DNA of 64,000 bases from Desulfocapsaceae bacterium (GTDB taxonomy: Bacteria; Desulfobacterota; Desulfobulbia; Desulfobulbales; Desulfocapsaceae): assembly GCA_942490935.1 (NCBI GenBank), contig CALNZA010000020.1, positions 8,265 to 72,264 on the forward strand, given 5' to 3'. Shown here piece by piece: positions 39,556-48,268 of the stretch; within the stretch, counting starts at the first letter, position 1; every line of letters starts with the position of its first letter. Made by a program: the position numbers and the translations under genes. The notes beneath the pieces were generated by a model. It was not told where the DNA came from. It saw only the letters and a program-made list of their open reading frames with translations, and did not search any database.

Positions 39556-40416
39556 TTAAATTTGCAGAAAAATCTCTGCTTTTCGTATTTCTTCCTGCAC
39601 GCCCTCACCAATATTTCCAAAATCGTCAAGACTGATATCCAATACATCGAGGAGATGGAGCACCTCTCCTTCATCAGGGAAAGAGTTGCCGGCAGAGCCG
39701 ATGTCCAGAATGTTGGTATAAATATTTCCAAGGGCCACGAACGCAACTTTTCTGCCAATTTCATCATCAAGGCCATCAACATCATGGTGCCTGGAAATAC
39801 AGGTAGAGATAGTCTCATTGAGCTTCCATTTTTCAGCAATCATCAGCCCGACCTCCTGATGATCTATGCCCAAAATATCCCGCTCAACTTCTATCAGGGG
39901 AGACTGCTCATTTTTTGCAATATTCAGGACTTCAATATATTCGTCGCCAAAAGGTATTTTCCCAAGGTCATGCAGCAAGCCCGCTACGAACAGCTCTTCC
40001 CGTTCCATTATCGGAACATCTTTAAGGGAAGCCAGCAGTTTAGCACTTACACCCGCACCAATGGTATGAGCCCAAAATCTTGTAGTTGGTAAAGCTCTCG
40101 ATTTTTTGGTGCCTGCTACGGTACGAATAATAGCAGTACTGAGCGCCATATTCTTCACTGTATTCATGCCAAGCATTGTAATAGCCCGGGTCAAAGATGT
40201 AATCTTGGTGACCAGTGAATAATACGCCGAGTTGATCAGTTTCAGTACCTGCCCGGTCAAAACCGGATCCAGAGAAATCACTTTATTCAATTCGTTTGGC
40301 GAAGCATCCGTACGACTGCAGATTTCCATAACCTTACCTACCGTTGTTGACAGGCTTGGCATCTTCTGAATGAAACGCTCGATATCTCTTCTCTGTTTAT
40401 CTTTATCAAAGCTCAT
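39556..40416 (-). CDS. HDOD domain signalling protein
   Basis: MPSL, DPVL...LKLINSAYY, FWAH, GLLHDLGK, DHQEVG, WKL. Confidence 0.9.
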   Translation of the reverse strand: MSFDKDKQRRDIERFIQKMPSLSTTVGKVMEICSRTDASPNELNKVISLDPVLTGQVLKLINSAYYSLVTKITSLTRAITMLGMNTVKNMALSTAIIRTVAGTKKSRALPTTRFWAHTIGAGVSAKLLASLKDVPIMEREELFVAGLLHDLGKIPFGDEYIEVLNIAKNEQSPLIEVERDILGIDHQEVGLMIAEKWKLNETISTCISRHHDVDGLDDEIGRKVAFVALGNIYTNILDIGSAGNSFPDEGEVLHLLDVLDISLDDFGNIGEGVQEEIRKAEIFLQI

Positions 40417-40539
40417 GTAATAGCGTCCATAAATAACCTAAAATTTCAATAACATCTGGATAGTGAATCAGTTCCATATGCATTGTATCGAAAGATCGGG
40501 GTCAGGTCAAGAAACTGCCTGACATCATGCTGAATATTA

Positions 40540-41313
40540 TTAAACAGATCCACTGCTCTTGCTGAAAGCAACCGCATCGGCATAACGTAACGTTGTACCA
40601 CCAAATATATCAAGGGCGCTGCCAACTGTGGCATCAAGTATACCTTTGCCGAGTTCATGAATCAACTGCATATCAGCCAGATCACGCACTCCTCCGGCGT
40701 ATGTTGTCGGCAGTGGTGACCAAACTGCAAGCTTCTGGACAAGTTCTTCCTCGATACCTGAACACTTCCCTTCCACATCCGCAGCATGAATAAGAAATTC
40801 GTCGCAAAAACCGGCAAGTTTCTCAAGGATCTGAGCAGAGATGAAAACATCTGTGAACTTTTGCCAACGGTCTGTCACTATATAATAGTGATCGTCGCGC
40901 CTTCGGCAACTTAGATCCAGAACCAATCGCTCTCTGCCGACAGCCTGAACCAGTTTTTTTAGTCTGGTCCAATCAATTTGTCCCCCCGAAAACACATAGG
41001 AAGTTACGATAACATGAGATGCCCCGGCATCAATCCACTCCTGGGCATTTTCAGCGTTAATCCCACCACCTAGCTGCATCCCACCTTGCCACGCATTCAG
41101 AGCATTCTGAGCTGCTTCATCGTTACCAGGCCCAAGCTTAATGATGTGGCCACCAGTGAGATTATCATTTTGATAAAGCTCCGCATACCAGCTCGAGGGT
41201 TTTTCAGCAGTAAAATTTGTTTCCAGAGTTTCCGGGCTCCCATCACAAAGTGATGAACCAACGATTTGCTTCACTTTACCATCATGGAGGTCGATACAGG
41301 GCCTGAATTTCAT
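40540..41313 (-). CDS. hisA: ProFAR isomerase, His6 (eukaryote-like) type
   Basis: FRPCIDLHDGKVKQIVG, LVLDLSCR, TDRWQ, HAADVEG, VGSALDIFGG. Confidence 0.92.
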   Translation of the reverse strand: MKFRPCIDLHDGKVKQIVGSSLCDGSPETLETNFTAEKPSSWYAELYQNDNLTGGHIIKLGPGNDEAAQNALNAWQGGMQLGGGINAENAQEWIDAGASHVIVTSYVFSGGQIDWTRLKKLVQAVGRERLVLDLSCRRRDDHYYIVTDRWQKFTDVFISAQILEKLAGFCDEFLIHAADVEGKCSGIEEELVQKLAVWSPLPTTYAGGVRDLADMQLIHELGKGILDATVGSALDIFGGTTLRYADAVAFSKSSGSV

Positions 41314-41324
41314 ACTATCCTCAT

Positions 41325-41365
41325 AAAAAAAAACGGGATAGCCGCCTTAAGGCAGATATCCCGTT
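41325..41365 (-). terminator. Intrinsic terminator of the fusA-ATPase unit
   Basis: Minus strand AACGGGATATCTGCC-TTAA-GGCGGCTATCCCG followed by U9. Confidence 0.8.
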
Positions 41366-41416
41366 CTCAAAATGTTCTGCTACTGCTCTGCAGTGCCGAT
41401 CATATTCTCCCTGCTG

Positions 41417-42112
41417 CTATTTTTTCTGAATAAGCATGGTGGAAGGATCAAGCTTCAGCGTAGTGCCTGGATCAACAGTGCCTTCATCACACTTCAGGAT
41501 ATCCAGATTCATCTCATCACCCTCAGGGTTGATAAGTAAAACAGTATCAAACAGATCATCAACCTCGTGACAAGGAGCCGGGACACCTGCTGCACTCTGA
41601 CGATCGTCTTCACGGTGACGAACAGCTGAAAACCAGATCATTTTCAGACCACGCTGTTCCATAAAGTCCCGCATCCCCTGAATGGTGTCACGATCAGCAG
41701 CTGCGAAATCAAAACCATCAATAATCAAACACTCAGGCTTGTAAATGTCCTGCTTTACCAGATCATCCAATCTCTCCTCAAGAACTGCTTTAGTAAAAGA
41801 GCTCTCTTTAAAGGTCATGATCATTCTGTTTTTCATAATCTCGGGAATAGACTCAACCTTCTCTCCTTCAGTAAGAAGAGAGAGGATATCGTCATACCAT
41901 GTTCTGGCCTTATCCACGGTTTCACCAATGCTAACATGTAGCACTTTGTTTCCGAGCAGCATGCAGTCTAATGCGAACTGGACCAGAACAGCTGTTTTTC
42001 CCAGCCCTGCTCTGGACATAACCAGTCCCATACTGCGGATACCATCTTTTGCCTTACCTTCAAGACCAAGGGCCTTTAAAGGATTGTTAATTACTAATTC
42101 GCTGTTTGCCAT
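41417..42112 (-). CDS. RecA/KaiC-like P-loop protein of unknown function
   Basis: Variant Walker A SRAGLGKT, VLHVS, Walker B LIIDG. Confidence 0.75.
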   Translation of the reverse strand: MANSELVINNPLKALGLEGKAKDGIRSMGLVMSRAGLGKTAVLVQFALDCMLLGNKVLHVSIGETVDKARTWYDDILSLLTEGEKVESIPEIMKNRMIMTFKESSFTKAVLEERLDDLVKQDIYKPECLIIDGFDFAAADRDTIQGMRDFMEQRGLKMIWFSAVRHREDDRQSAAGVPAPCHEVDDLFDTVLLINPEGDEMNLDILKCDEGTVDPGTTLKLDPSTMLIQKK

Positions 42113-42225
42113 GGCAAATCACCCCTTTATATTTCGTGTTTGCATGCACCATCTAATGCAGCCAACATTCAGGCACACCATGTGCGCCTGATATAATTTC
42201 TTTCTAGTCGGTTATGGCTTTAGAA

Positions 42226-44307
42226 TCAACTCTTCTTCTGTTCTTCCTGGTGTGCTTTGATAAGCTCCTCGCTCACGCCTTTAGGCACTGGCTTGAAACT
42301 TGCAAATTCCATGGTGAACTCTGCCTTACCCTGAGTAAGGGAACGCAGTACGGTTGAGTAACCAAACATCTCAGAAAGCGGAACCTCTGCCTCAATTACG
42401 GTATAGAGACCCTCTTCGGTGGAGCCAATGATCATACCACGACGCTGGTTAATGGAACCCATAACAGCACCTTGGAATTCTGAAGGACCCTCAACACTGA
42501 CTTTCATGATAGGCTCGAGAATTTGTGGCTTGGCCTTCATGTATCCTTCTTTAAACGCACCAACAGAGGCTAGCTGGAAGGCAACATCAGAAGAGTCAAC
42601 TGCATGATAAGCACCATCATTAATGGTAACCTTTACACCTGTAATAGGAGCACCAATCAAAGAACCCTTAGCGACAGCCTTCTGAAATCCTTTATCACAG
42701 GAGCTGATAAATTCACGTGGGATAACACCACCAACAATCGAATCAACAAATTCGTACTCACCTTCTTCAAGCGGCTCAAGGAAACCGGCAACACGACCAA
42801 ACTGGCCGGAACCACCCGTTTGCTTTTTGTGGGTATAGTTGAACTCAGATCGCTGAGAGATCGCCTCACGATATGCGACCCGTGGAGCACCAACTTCAAC
42901 CTCAGCTTTATACTCACGCTTCATACGCTCAGTATATACCTCAAGATGCAACTCGCCCATGCCCGAGATAATCGTCTCGTTCGTCTCTTTATCAACAAAA
43001 GAACGGAAGGTAGGATCTTCTTTGGTGAATCTGTTCAATGCCTTGGACATGTTAACCTGGGCTTTGTTGTCCACCGGAATAATCGCAAGTGAAATAACTG
43101 GCTCAGGAATGTGCATGGAAGTCATGGAGCAGGATATTTGGTCATCGCAAAAGGTATCACCTGAAGCACAGTCAATACCAAAAAGCGCAACGATATCACC
43201 TGAACCACATGAATCGATTTCTTCCATCTCATCAGAGTGCATACGACAGAGACGTCCTATTTTAACCTTCTTACCGGTACGGCTGTTAAACACCGTATCT
43301 CCCTTCTTCAGGGTTCCCTGATAGGTCCGGATATATGTCAACTGACCATAGCGGCCGTCTTCAAGTTTAAATGCAAGGGCGACAAGGGGATCGCTTGGAT
43401 CATTGGTAACCGGAAATTCTTGTTCTTCTTTTTTCAGGTCAAGCGCCAGGTTGGTAACGTCGGTCGGACTTGGCAAGTAAAGCTCAACAGCATCGAGCAG
43501 CTTTTGAACTCCCTTGTTCTTATATGCGGAACCCATCATTACCGGCGTAAAATCAAGCGCAAGAGTTCCTTTACGAATCGCATCGTAGATAAGTTCAATA
43601 TCTATATCTCCACCTTCGAGCAATGCTTCCATCAGCTCTTCGGAGAACATAGAAATCTCTTCGAGAAGTTCGTCGCGTTTCCCTTGTGCTTCATCTGCCA
43701 TCTCGGCAGGAATTGCTTCTATGCGAATTTTCTCGCCATTATCACCATCAAAATAAATAGCTTCCATGGTGATAAGATCAACAACACCCTGCAGATCATT
43801 TTCAAGACCAATAGGTATCTGCAGCATGTGGGCATTCAGTTCCAGTTTCTCTCGAAGCTGGCGTGTAACCTTGGCAGGATTCGCACCGGTACGATCGCAC
43901 TTATTAATAAAGGCGATACGCGGTACATTATAACGGGTCATCTGACGGTTAACGGTTATTGACTGAGACTGAACACCACCAACAGAACAGAGTACCAGGA
44001 CAGCACCATCAAGAACCCTCAGTGCACGCTCAACCTCAACGGTAAAGTCAACGTGGCCCGGTGTATCAATGATATTGATGCTAAGGTCTTTCCAGGTACA
44101 GTAGGTGGCAGCTGATTGAATGGTAATTCCGCGCTCTTTCTCAAGCTCCATGGAGTCCATTTTTGCACCGACACCATCCTTGCCACGAACTTCATGAATC
44201 GCATGAATTCTGTCTGTATAGAACAGAATGCGTTCGGTCAAGGTTGTTTTTCCCGAATCGATATGGGCACTGATACCAATATTACGTACTTTCGACAAAT
44301 CATTCAT
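42226..44307 (-). CDS. fusA: Elongation factor G (stand-alone copy, not in the str operon)
   Basis: [49 protein letters not shown]. Confidence 0.97.
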   Translation of the reverse strand: MNDLSKVRNIGISAHIDSGKTTLTERILFYTDRIHAIHEVRGKDGVGAKMDSMELEKERGITIQSAATYCTWKDLSINIIDTPGHVDFTVEVERALRVLDGAVLVLCSVGGVQSQSITVNRQMTRYNVPRIAFINKCDRTGANPAKVTRQLREKLELNAHMLQIPIGLENDLQGVVDLITMEAIYFDGDNGEKIRIEAIPAEMADEAQGKRDELLEEISMFSEELMEALLEGGDIDIELIYDAIRKGTLALDFTPVMMGSAYKNKGVQKLLDAVELYLPSPTDVTNLALDLKKEEQEFPVTNDPSDPLVALAFKLEDGRYGQLTYIRTYQGTLKKGDTVFNSRTGKKVKIGRLCRMHSDEMEEIDSCGSGDIVALFGIDCASGDTFCDDQISCSMTSMHIPEPVISLAIIPVDNKAQVNMSKALNRFTKEDPTFRSFVDKETNETIISGMGELHLEVYTERMKREYKAEVEVGAPRVAYREAISQRSEFNYTHKKQTGGSGQFGRVAGFLEPLEEGEYEFVDSIVGGVIPREFISSCDKGFQKAVAKGSLIGAPITGVKVTINDGAYHAVDSSDVAFQLASVGAFKEGYMKAKPQILEPIMKVSVEGPSEFQGAVMGSINQRRGMIIGSTEEGLYTVIEAEVPLSEMFGYSTVLRSLTQGKAEFTMEFASFKPVPKGVSEELIKAHQEEQKKS

Positions 44308-44376
44308 GGTTGCTATCCTCTACCAACTCTGCACACCGGATTTTTTCCGGCCCCACTATCACTCACTTGGGTAATG

Positions 44377-44412
44377 AAAAAAAAAAGGAGCTACAGCTCC
44401 CTGCAACTCCTT
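44377..44412 (-). terminator. Terminator within the fusA leader (candidate attenuator)
   Basis: Minus strand AAGGAGTTGCAG-GGAG-CTGTAGCTCC followed by U10, 70 nt before the fusA ATG. Confidence 0.7.
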
Positions 44413-44984
44413 ATTCAACTGATATATATTGCGTATCAAGATCAGGAATTGAACACTGTTATCATTGCCCCTCTTGCCTGGGGCTTCCTGTTCCCACTCT
44501 AGTTTGCTAGAATAATAGATAAATAATGCAAACACAGGAACGGATGTTCTGCAGAAACCACCTGCCTTGCGCAGTTCACTACGTCAAAGACATAAATTGT
44601 CCTTCAGAAAACCGGCCACAATACATCAGACTTCATTTAAAAGCTACAAAAAAGATACACCACCATACGCTTTATATGGAATTGCAGCAAGCTGAATCAA
44701 GGTGTTTTTCTGCCTCACCATCGAGAATAAACAACCACCAAAATATCGATAATTGGTTCACAATTTACGCATATTATTGCAATTCCCAAACACAACAATT
44801 GGGTAATTTGCCACTTTTGTACTTCCAAACAAACTATCATATATATCTATTTATCCATTTTTTTGATAGCGATGGTGTATACTAGTACCTTAAATATATT
44901 GTATTCCATGTAGTTTGTCGGTTTTTCTTCACATTCTAACGTGATGAAAAGCAGAGTCGTTTTCCGTTTATATTTTGTTTCTAT

Positions 44985-45257
44985 TCAGACCAGAACTTCC
45001 ATAACGAACGACTTGACATTGCAACCTATGTTGAGGTGAGTAAAGTCATAGAAGGCAATGCCAATCCTGGCATTAAAATATGGGGTTTAAAGTAAAAAGG
45101 TTAAGGCCTGAGCAAGATGAAATTCACCAGAGACGTCATTCCAATAGAAACTCTGCAGCGTCTTGATGCGAACGAAGCCGCAACGATATCTGGGGAGATC
45201 AAGGTTTCCAATTATTTTAAAGACAATGAACGAAATGTTGAGGGTGTAGGCCAATGA
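44985..45257 (+). pseudogene. Decayed 3' part of a family-3 substrate-binding protein gene
   Basis: One frame reads DQNFHNERLDIATYVE...K*KG*GLSKMKFTRDVIPIETLQRL...SGEIKVSNYFK and ends in an ATGA overlap with the kinase start. Confidence 0.45.
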
Positions 45258-47458
45258 CTCTTCAGATGCGGCTCAAACCAAAAATAACCATAGGGACTCT
45301 TGCCATTGTACTGATCTGCATTCTTGTCACCTGCTCGTTTTTTATCTCCCGTGAACGACAGCGGTTAGAAAGCGAAATTGAGTTTCAAGGCCAAGCACTG
45401 GCGAAGCTGGTTGCCCAATTCTGTGCAACCCCTATTCAGAAGTACAGCTTTTTCATAGTACAGGAAGTTGCCATAAACGTCGAGCAATCTCAAGGTGTTG
45501 CTTTTTGTGAAATCTATGACGCCGATGGCAAATCTCTTGTTCAGGTGGACGCAACTGTTCATGGTGAAAAGGTAATCAAAAAGGACAGACGTGTCAGCGA
45601 TGATGTTCTTATCATTGAAACCCCCATCGAGAAAAACCAATCTGTCATTGGCAAGGTGGAAATTGGCCTGGAACTCGCCCCGGTTCACCATGCAATCAGA
45701 GCATATATCATCAGATTAAGTATTGCCGTTCTTATATTGCTTGTCCTCATAGCCGTGAGTATCAGTGTTTTTCTCTCCTATAACTTTATTTCACCGGTTG
45801 TTAATCTCTCCGGAGTAGTTAAAAACCTTGCCAGAGGCGAGTTTGTAGAGACACGGGTTGCCCAGAGAAATGACGAAATTGGTGAACTGGCGAGGGCCTT
45901 TAACGTTATGAGTAACAATCTCAAGCAACTCTACCAAAATCTTGAGAGAAAAGTCGATGAGCGCACTGCAGACCTTGCTAAAACTAATCGTCGACTTGAG
46001 CATGAAATTCAGGTACGTGAAAACATTGAGCGTGACCTGAAAACTGCCAAAGAAACTGCAGAAAGAGCCAATCAATATAAGAGTAACTTTGTTGCCAACA
46101 TGAGCCATGAGATCCGTACACCGCTCAACGCGATCCTGGGCTATGCTCAAATTTTACAGAGCAGAGATGACCTGGATGGCCATATGAGAAAAGCAGTGGA
46201 AGCCATTGATCGTGGCGGCAGCCATCTCCTGGGACTGATTAATGACATTCTGGATCTTTCTAAAATTGAAGCAGGCAGGGTTGAGTTGCGAGCAACCAGT
46301 TTTGACCTCGCGTTACTGATCCGCAATATGGCCAGTATGTTTCAACTGCGCTGTACTAATAAAAGCCTGACATGGCAAGTTGTTGGGCTTGACATCCACC
46401 AGGTCATACCAGTCATTGCCGACGCTGGGAAGCTCCGCCAGATTCTGATCAACCTTTTGGGAAATGCCGTAAAGTTCACTTCTCGGGGAAGTGTTGTCCT
46501 GCGTGTGATTGCTGATGAAACGGACCGTTACAGATTCTGCATTGAGGACACAGGTCCCGGTATTCCTAAAGATTCTCTCCAGCAAATTTTCGAACCATTT
46601 TCCGAAATGAGTGGTAACAACAATAAAGAAGGCACCGGCCTCGGACTGTCTATTACCAGCAAGTTTCTTGAAATGATGGGAGGAAAACTCGACGTTCTTC
46701 CTAACACACCTCAGGGTTCTCGATTCTGTTTTGAACTCGAACTTCCACCGGCTGAAATATCATCACTGCCTACCAATACCCCTCCTGAAAGGATTATCGG
46801 GCTCAACTCTGATACCCCCCTCAACGCTTTAATCGTAGATGATGATAAACTGAGTCGCGCCATGTTGGCGCATCTGCTAACCAAGGCAGAAATACAAACC
46901 CTTGAGGCCAAAAATGGGTTGGAAGCATTAAAAACTCTTGAAAATCATACACCGGATATAATCTTTCTGGATCGCTACATGCCTGAAATGGATGGTGCCG
47001 AAACAATAAAAAATATTAAACGGATTTACGGTTCGAAAGCACCTCCAATCGTTATGATAACTGCAGCCGCTTTTGACTCAATCAGTGACACTCAGAAGCA
47101 GATGGGAGTTGCAGGCATCATTATTAAACCTTGTGATATTCGTCAGGTTTTCAAATGCATGGCCGAGGTGCTTGGGGTTTCTCTCAAACTGGGTACAGGG
47201 CCAAATGAAGAACAACCCGATACAAACGTCACTGCTGATCTCTCCACCCCTGAGATATCGCTGCCAGAAGATTTGCATTCCAGTTTGCTTTCCGCCGCAG
47301 AGTTTGGAGAAATCAGCAAACTTAAGAAACTGTGTAAAGAGCTTGAAACATCACCGACCATGGACAAGACCTTCATCAAGCTGTTTAAGAAACACCTTGA
47401 TGTATATGAACTCAGAGAAATCATAGAACTCCTTCAGCGCGTTGGGAAAATGCCATGA
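45254..47458 (+). CDS. Membrane hybrid sensor histidine kinase (TM-HAMP-HisKA-HATPase-REC)
   Basis: DEIGELARAFN, MSHEIRTPLN, NLLGNAVKF, GTGLGL, receiver DRYMP. Confidence 0.93.
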   Translation: MTLQMRLKPKITIGTLAIVLICILVTCSFFISRERQRLESEIEFQGQALAKLVAQFCATPIQKYSFFIVQEVAINVEQSQGVAFCEIYDADGKSLVQVDATVHGEKVIKKDRRVSDDVLIIETPIEKNQSVIGKVEIGLELAPVHHAIRAYIIRLSIAVLILLVLIAVSISVFLSYNFISPVVNLSGVVKNLARGEFVETRVAQRNDEIGELARAFNVMSNNLKQLYQNLERKVDERTADLAKTNRRLEHEIQVRENIERDLKTAKETAERANQYKSNFVANMSHEIRTPLNAILGYAQILQSRDDLDGHMRKAVEAIDRGGSHLLGLINDILDLSKIEAGRVELRATSFDLALLIRNMASMFQLRCTNKSLTWQVVGLDIHQVIPVIADAGKLRQILINLLGNAVKFTSRGSVVLRVIADETDRYRFCIEDTGPGIPKDSLQQIFEPFSEMSGNNNKEGTGLGLSITSKFLEMMGGKLDVLPNTPQGSRFCFELELPPAEISSLPTNTPPERIIGLNSDTPLNALIVDDDKLSRAMLAHLLTKAEIQTLEAKNGLEALKTLENHTPDIIFLDRYMPEMDGAETIKNIKRIYGSKAPPIVMITAAAFDSISDTQKQMGVAGIIIKPCDIRQVFKCMAEVLGVSLKLGTGPNEEQPDTNVTADLSTPEISLPEDLHSSLLSAAEFGEISKLKKLCKELETSPTMDKTFIKLFKKHLDVYELREIIELLQRVGKMP

Positions 47459-48129
47459 GTAATCGAAACCTGACCAAACCTTTCATGCAGACAGCAACCT
47501 CTTTTGATGAATTCGAAGAGCCGTTAAAAATATTGGTCGTCGACGACAATGCCGCAAACATTGATGTCATGCTCACCTTTCTCGAAGCGGAAGGATATGA
47601 TTTAAGTATTGCCAACAGCGGCGAAATGGCCCTAAAGATTGCTCGCCACAACCAGCCAGACCTGATTCTTCTGGATGTCATGATGCCCGGCATGGACGGT
47701 TTTGAGACCTGTCGGGAGCTTAAATCTGATGAAACCACCTCCGAAATTCCGATTATTTTTGTAACAGCCAAAAAGGAAGTGGAAGATATCGTCAAAGGAT
47801 TTCGTAGCGGAGGTATCGATTATATTTCAAAGCCATTTCGCCAAGAGGAAGTACTCTCACGAGTTGGTACCCACCTGCACCTGAGACGCCTGCTGATCGC
47901 CAAAGAGCGACTCATAGACAGGCTCAACACCGCACTTGAAGAGGCCCAGACCCTTAGGGGGTTACTTCCCATATGCTCTTACTGCAAAAAAATACAAAAT
48001 GAAGAGGGTAAATGGCAAAACATTGAAACGTATATCAGGACCCGTACTGAGGCACAGTTCTCACATGGTATCTGTGGAGAATGTTTTAACAAACTCGATC
48101 TGACAATCGACCAGGACAACGAGACCTAA
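47455..48129 (+). CDS. Response regulator with C-terminal Cys-rich (PICSYCKKI...SHGIC) domain
   Basis: VVDDN, LLDVMMP, KPF; overlaps the kinase stop. Confidence 0.88.
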   Translation: MSNRNLTKPFMQTATSFDEFEEPLKILVVDDNAANIDVMLTFLEAEGYDLSIANSGEMALKIARHNQPDLILLDVMMPGMDGFETCRELKSDETTSEIPIIFVTAKKEVEDIVKGFRSGGIDYISKPFRQEEVLSRVGTHLHLRRLLIAKERLIDRLNTALEEAQTLRGLLPICSYCKKIQNEEGKWQNIETYIRTRTEAQFSHGICGECFNKLDLTIDQDNET

Positions 48130-48268
48130 TCTATATGACAGCTCAACTTGGTACCATACCTGTTAATATAGCATGTAGAAACCAGGCCCCAACCTAATGA
48201 TTCGTATTAGACGGTTTTAGTTACACATTTACAGATACATTCTACTTTTCTCTAATGCCCTTACGTAC

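Noticed and set aside
44526-44885. 119-aa ORF divergent from fusA
   Set aside because: No RBS or recognisable motif; composition looks like AT-rich intergenic DNA
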